A stretch of DNA of 64,000 bases. Source: Octopus vulgaris (Eukaryota). How positions within the stretch are numbered: position 1 is the first letter of the stretch; each line of letters opens with the position of its first letter. Both the position numbers and the translations under genes were made by a program. Below the pieces are notes generated by a model that was given only the letters and a program-made list of their open reading frames with translations, ran no database searches and had not been told where the DNA came from. Below, one piece after another: positions 58,575 through 64,000 of this stretch. The stretch is from assembly GCA_951406725.2 (NCBI GenBank), contig OX597826.1, positions 49,848,001 to 49,912,000 on the forward strand, in the 5' to 3' direction.

Positions 58575-59923
58575 ATCATATCACATATCATATATTGTTA
58601 TATTTTGTATAAAACACTACGTGCAGCCGAGTAGATGAGTTAATGGGGCAATATGCCGAAAGGTCATGCGTTCGATTCTTATCACTGTTACTGCATTATT
58701 CCTGTCATTGTTAATCCAAATTAACCTTTAAATGGAAAAGTCTACCTAGCTATAAAGGGATATAGCAACATGCTATAGTTATATTGCTGTAATAAGCAGG
58801 AGCACTGTATAGCTTATGAGTGCTTCATTATTTCGTATGACTAAATTTATCTCTCCATGTGAGTATAGCTCGCAAAGGGACGGGTCCTGTTAAGATTGTT
58901 TTCCCTGCCTGCATAAATCGCACAAACCTTTAACGAAGTCTTCGGTGGTGTTCCAACCATCCAGTGGATTGTGGGAATCAGCATAGTAAGTTCCATTCAC
59001 ACTTGAGTGTATGGGAGAGAGCAAATAACAATTCAAGTAAAAACAAACCAATTACTTTCATAGGTACACAGAGGAAAGTAGAGTAGTGGAGGAGCTAAAC
59101 TGAAGAATAACAAAAATCTTCGGACATGGTTTAAAGGAAGAGTTACTATGAAAATGGAACACGTTTATGTAACAAGAATGTGTGGATTCCCGTTATCTCC
59201 TCCACGTCCGTAAGAAGGCTTGAACCCGGCACTACAATCCATCGAAACTTTTGTCAGTAATACAGTTCTCCCACTATCCATAACGTAGGTCTACTGGTAC
59301 TCACTGATGTCTGTCTTCAATTGTTTAGTTATTTAGTTCCGTCCCAATGTTGCCGTACTTCGTGTTGCTATTTAGCCCCAGGTCAGTATTGGTCAGGAAG
59401 AAGACCTGTGATCAAACGTGTTCAAGCTAAGATCATTCCAGCCTTTTTCTAGGGCCTTGTATATCTAGGAATTTACCAGAGCACATCATCCAGCGTAATC
59501 TAGCCTTAACCCTTTTAAAATCGGAAGGCTGTAGTTTAAGGGCGATTTGTTTGCTATTTCTAGCGAGTTTAGCAACTCTTAAAGACACCTCTCGTTATCT
59601 CGTCTAGCCCGAGGCCATCTTAGATTGAGTAGACCTGTGATCAAAAATATCCAAGTCATGGCCATCCCATCCTTTTTAAAAGCAATGAGTATCCGGAGTA
59701 TATGTTTCCTTTGTTTTAAACTCTGAGTAGCAGTTCATTCTGATATTTTTGTGATGTTTTTGCATCTTTAATAATAATAATAATTATATATATATATATA
59801 TATATATAATCAAAATAAGCAACAAGAATATCTCCGGTAATTTGGTACATTCGTTTCACGCTACATCACTTTATTAAATATTGTAAGTATTACAACAGTT
59901 TTAAAATGAAAAACCTCTATAAA

Positions 59924-59990
59924 TGGCTGATGATTGCTCAACATACTTACAATATTTAATAAAATGATGTAGCGTGAAACGATCGTACCA
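59924..59990 (+). ncRNA. Minimal type-I hammerhead ribozyme in a (TA)n-flanked inverted-repeat element (59805-60125)
   Basis: UGG-CUGAUGA-UUGCU...AGCGU-GAAAC-GAUC-GUA-CCA; helix I UGG/CCA; palindromic helix III ACGAUCGU; U-U at the helix II closing position. Confidence 0.7.
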
Positions 59991-60920
59991 AATTACTGGA
60001 GATATTCTTGTTGCTTATTTTGATTATAATCACCCCATGGATTTATATGGATAACACCATACAAAATTCTGGTGCATCTAACTTAAGTACTATATTCATT
60101 TGAATCTAAATTTTGCTGAACTTATATATATATATATATATAAACCATAATTCCAATTAAAATAAACTGTTAACCTTAATAGAAGAGACTATTATTATTA
60201 GTTTAACTTTACTAACATCATAACAATGATCATGTAAAATACGGGACGTTTTTCTGTCGCACCCTCGAGATACTTTTGTTTGTTATTAATTTTTTTTTTT
60301 TTTGTCGTTTCCTTTATAACTAAACTGTAAACGTTTGACACAACTTTCTTAAACTCACCGAATGGTCTCAAATGAATTCTGAGGTCAACACCAAGAGAAA
60401 GGGTTCAAACCATTACAAGTCCTACCGTTTTTTTGTTGTTGTTGATGCTGTAGTTGTATTTTTTGTTATTTATTAATACACTTGCAAACAACCTCGAGAC
60501 AGGACGAAGCAATTATAAGTTCTATAACAAAATAAATATAAACCACAAAATAAATTAGCAAGCTTCTTGTTTTATATTCATTTATATGTTTTGTTTTTAT
60601 TTTATTAAGTTTCTTTGTTTTTCACAATTAAGTACAATGCGGATAGAAACGGAGATTTTGGTTTCCTTCCGTCGAATTAAGAATTCATATTAATTCATTC
60701 AAGATGTTGACGGTTTAACATTAATTGTGGAATATTCTGGAATAGTCTTTTACTCTATCGACCAAGATTGTTTTAGGATTAATTGCTATTCCAAAAAAAA
60801 AAAAAATGTATTGAAGCCAATATTTCAAATAATGTCATTTTTTTTGGCGGATTTAACCATTCACGTCAAGTAACGCGTAAAATTGAATCGGAAGTATCCC
60901 TACTCCTTGCTTGCTACCCG

Positions 60921-60983
<63 letters not shown>

Positions 60984-61063
60984 TGTGTTGCGTGTGTGTG
61001 TCTGTGTGTGCGTGCGTGTGTGTATGTGTGTGTATGTATGCGTGTGTGTGTGGTGACATCTAG

Positions 61064-61118
<55 letters not shown>

Positions 61119-61120
61119 CA

Positions 61121-61380
61121 CTGTTGTGACTGGGGAGAGTCATTCTCTTTTAATGCCTTATAATTTAACATACTCACCGGTAAAATTTCCACTCATTTAC
61201 TTATTTATTTTTCTAAAATTTTAGAAAAAATAAACAAGTAAATGAGTGCAAATTTTACTTGTGAGTGTGTTAAATTATAAGGCATTAAAAGAGAATGACT
61301 CTCCTCAGACACAACAGAATATGCTTCAACACACGAACTCACATTAAGAATCTTGCAAACCAAATACAAAAACAAAATAT
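61121..61380. mobile_element. (TA)n-flanked fold-back element (~95-bp arms, 61121-61317)
   Basis: Long imperfect palindrome; a third arm copy at 62340-62456. Confidence 0.75.
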
Positions 61381-61445
61381 ATATATATTTATGTATGTAT
61401 GTATTATGTATGTATGTATGTAGATAGGCATATGCTTGCATGCAC

Positions 61446-61593
<148 letters not shown>

Positions 61594-62570
61594 GTTGAGT
61601 GATGATAATCTACGCGGAGCTGAATATAATATAATATAAATAATATATAAATATATATGCATACATACATATATGTACATACATATATATGTATATACAC
61701 ATGCATATATGGGTACAGGACACCATAGAACGTAAACAACATGAAGTAAGAAAACATGGAGTACGAACTTTTTTGGCGAACAAAAAAAGAAACAAATGGA
61801 AAACAAGACAATCAACATAAAAAAAAAAACGAACCTTCATCAGTTATCGGCTCTTTTTCTACTTCGTAATTCTTAAGATACCCAAGATATCCCAGAACAC
61901 GTGTGTTTGAAAAAATAATCGAAAACGCTCAGACGCGCTAGAAAGAAACTTCTGATAAAGAAATATACCAATTTTTTATAAAGATAATTTTAATCTCTTT
62001 TATACTTAGTAAAACGGTATCAAGTAATTTTCACAAAGACTTTTAAATATATATTAATATATATACATATTTTTTGTAAACAAACTTATAGGCGTTTCGT
62101 GTGTTGGTAATCTAAGGAAAAATAAAAGAACTCGCAAACGCAGCGAAGACAGCTCAGAAAATTCGGGTAAATACCCTTTAGATGACTGAGACAAGTAGTA
62201 AGCAGATTTCCACGAGGAAGCGGACCCTGAACTTCTCAAATTCCGAAAGAGCACTCTGAACGTTAAGAGACAGATTCTCTCTTTTATAATGCTAAATAAT
62301 AATTTTCTTATTATTATTATATATATATATATATTTCGTTTTTTGGATTTGGTTTGCAAGATTCTTTATATGAGTTCGTGTGTTGAAGCATATTCTGTTG
62401 TGTCTGGGGAGAGTCATTCTCTTTTAGTGCCTTATTATTTAACACACTCACCGGTAAGCGGAAATGGGTCAGAGTGCTCGGTTCAACGGACAGAGTCAAG
62501 ACTATTGAAAAGGTTGCAAGACGCAACGAAGATTTTAGAAAATAAAAATAAGAAATAAGTGGAAATAAGT

Positions 62571-63029
62571 GGTCTTTTGAAATAGAGGTACAACAGAAAC
62601 AAAGGCAGTGAGCTGGCAGAAACGTTAGCACGCCAGGCGAAATGCGTAGTCGTATTTCGTCTGCCGTTACGTTCTGAGTTCAAATTCTGCCGAGGTCGAC
62701 TTTGCCTTTCATCCTTTCGGGGTCGATAAATTAAGTACCAGTTACGCACTGGGGTCGATGTAATCGACTTAATCCGTTTATCTGTCCTTGTTTGTCCCCT
62801 CTGTATTTAGCCCCTTGTGGGTAGTAAAGAAATAGATACAACAGAAACAGGAAGAAAGAGTGAGAGAAAGTTGTAGTGGAAGAATATAGTAGGGTTCGCC
62901 ACTACCTCCTGCCGGAACCTCAGAGAGATTTAGGTATTTTGGTTCAATAAACAATCAAAACGCCCGGTCTGAGAATCGAAACCGCGATCCTATGACTGCG
63001 AATACGCTGCCCTAACCACTGGGCCATTG
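62571..63029 (-). mobile_element. SINE family C (5' half) interrupted by SINE B
   Basis: Homology to 48468-48680. Confidence 0.8.
62604..62835 (+). mobile_element. SINE family B with a 13-bp TSD
   Basis: TACAACAGAAACA at 62589-62601 and 62837-62849. Confidence 0.9.
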
Positions 63030-63106
63030 TCCGAGGTGTTACGCAGAAGGACTGAACACAGAACCATGTGATTGGGAAGTAAGCTTCTTACCACACAGCC
63101 ATGCCT
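63030..63106 (-). mobile_element. Decayed SINE family A head
   Basis: GGACTGAAC..AACCATGTG..CTTACCACACAGCC. Confidence 0.65.
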
Positions 63107-63400
63107 ATACTTGATATATAAAATTTGTACACCACTATAAATAATCTACACACACACACATATGTTATGTAGACATGATTATAAACAGAACATTATTCTA
63201 AACCTTGTTATTCATTTAAAACACGAGTTATGGTAAACTTCATCTACTTTCTACTGTTGCTGAAGGCCATACTGGAGCATCGCTCTACATACATTGATGT
63301 CTTGTATTGTCAAGAAAAATACCAAAAATACCTACAGCGGATTTGAACACCGTACTCCTGATTTTTAATCCACTATCTTCCATTTTATCTACTCTCTCTC

Positions 63401-63437
<37 letters not shown>

Positions 63438-63750
63438 TTCTAGCTCGCTAGCTCGCTCTCTCGTCCTCCTTCTCTCTCCACTTCTCGCTATCTCTCTCTC
63501 CCTCTCTACCTCTCTTCCCCTCCTCTGTTCCTGAGCACATATACGAATAGATATATACGTATACACACAGACATAAATACGCACATATAGACGCACATAT
63601 ATTTACATATCCTTATATATGTGTATTTATGTATGTCTGTATAATATATATAAATACACATACGCATATGTATGTACATATGTAAACATACACACATATT
63701 CAAATACGCATATATACTTATAAATGTATATATCTACACACCCTCACTGA

Positions 63751-63781
<31 letters not shown>

Positions 63782-64000
63782 TACATATATGAATGTATTT
63801 ATGCGTACGCGTATTCTTTGTTACTATGTTAAATAGTAAATCACCTGATAAAACAAGTTGCTAATCCCAGAGATTAAAGATTTATCGCTATCCATTTTAT
63901 CAGATATATACACTCACACACAAGGAAGGCCATCCTTCAGAATGTTTTCTCTTTGTTTCACTGGCATAAACCTTATATCTTATGCATACTTTCACACACA

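Overview
AT-rich, extremely repeat-dense eukaryotic DNA, intronic or intergenic. I cannot support any intact protein-coding gene; nearly all listed ORFs are microsatellite or satellite translations. The SINE families and microsatellite load look like a coleoid cephalopod (Octopus-type) genome, which is inference only. The window contains three tRNA-derived SINE families, three complete non-autonomous Helitrons, and a dead DD34D mariner with a dead DD41D (rosa-type) element nested inside it. It also holds a mariner deletion derivative, a hAT/Charlie-like MITE, RTE-, R4- and Penelope-like retroelement fragments, a 15-kb 29-bp satellite with higher-order structure, and a GC-rich 70-bp tandem array. 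The two most striking unexplained signals are: (1) many minimal hammerhead-ribozyme motifs, some near-canonical and some with variant or permuted cores, in short, mostly (TA)n-associated fold-back elements; (2) the 70-bp array, whose monomer folds, when circularised, into a closed viroid-like rod. All folds were done by eye and no searches were run.
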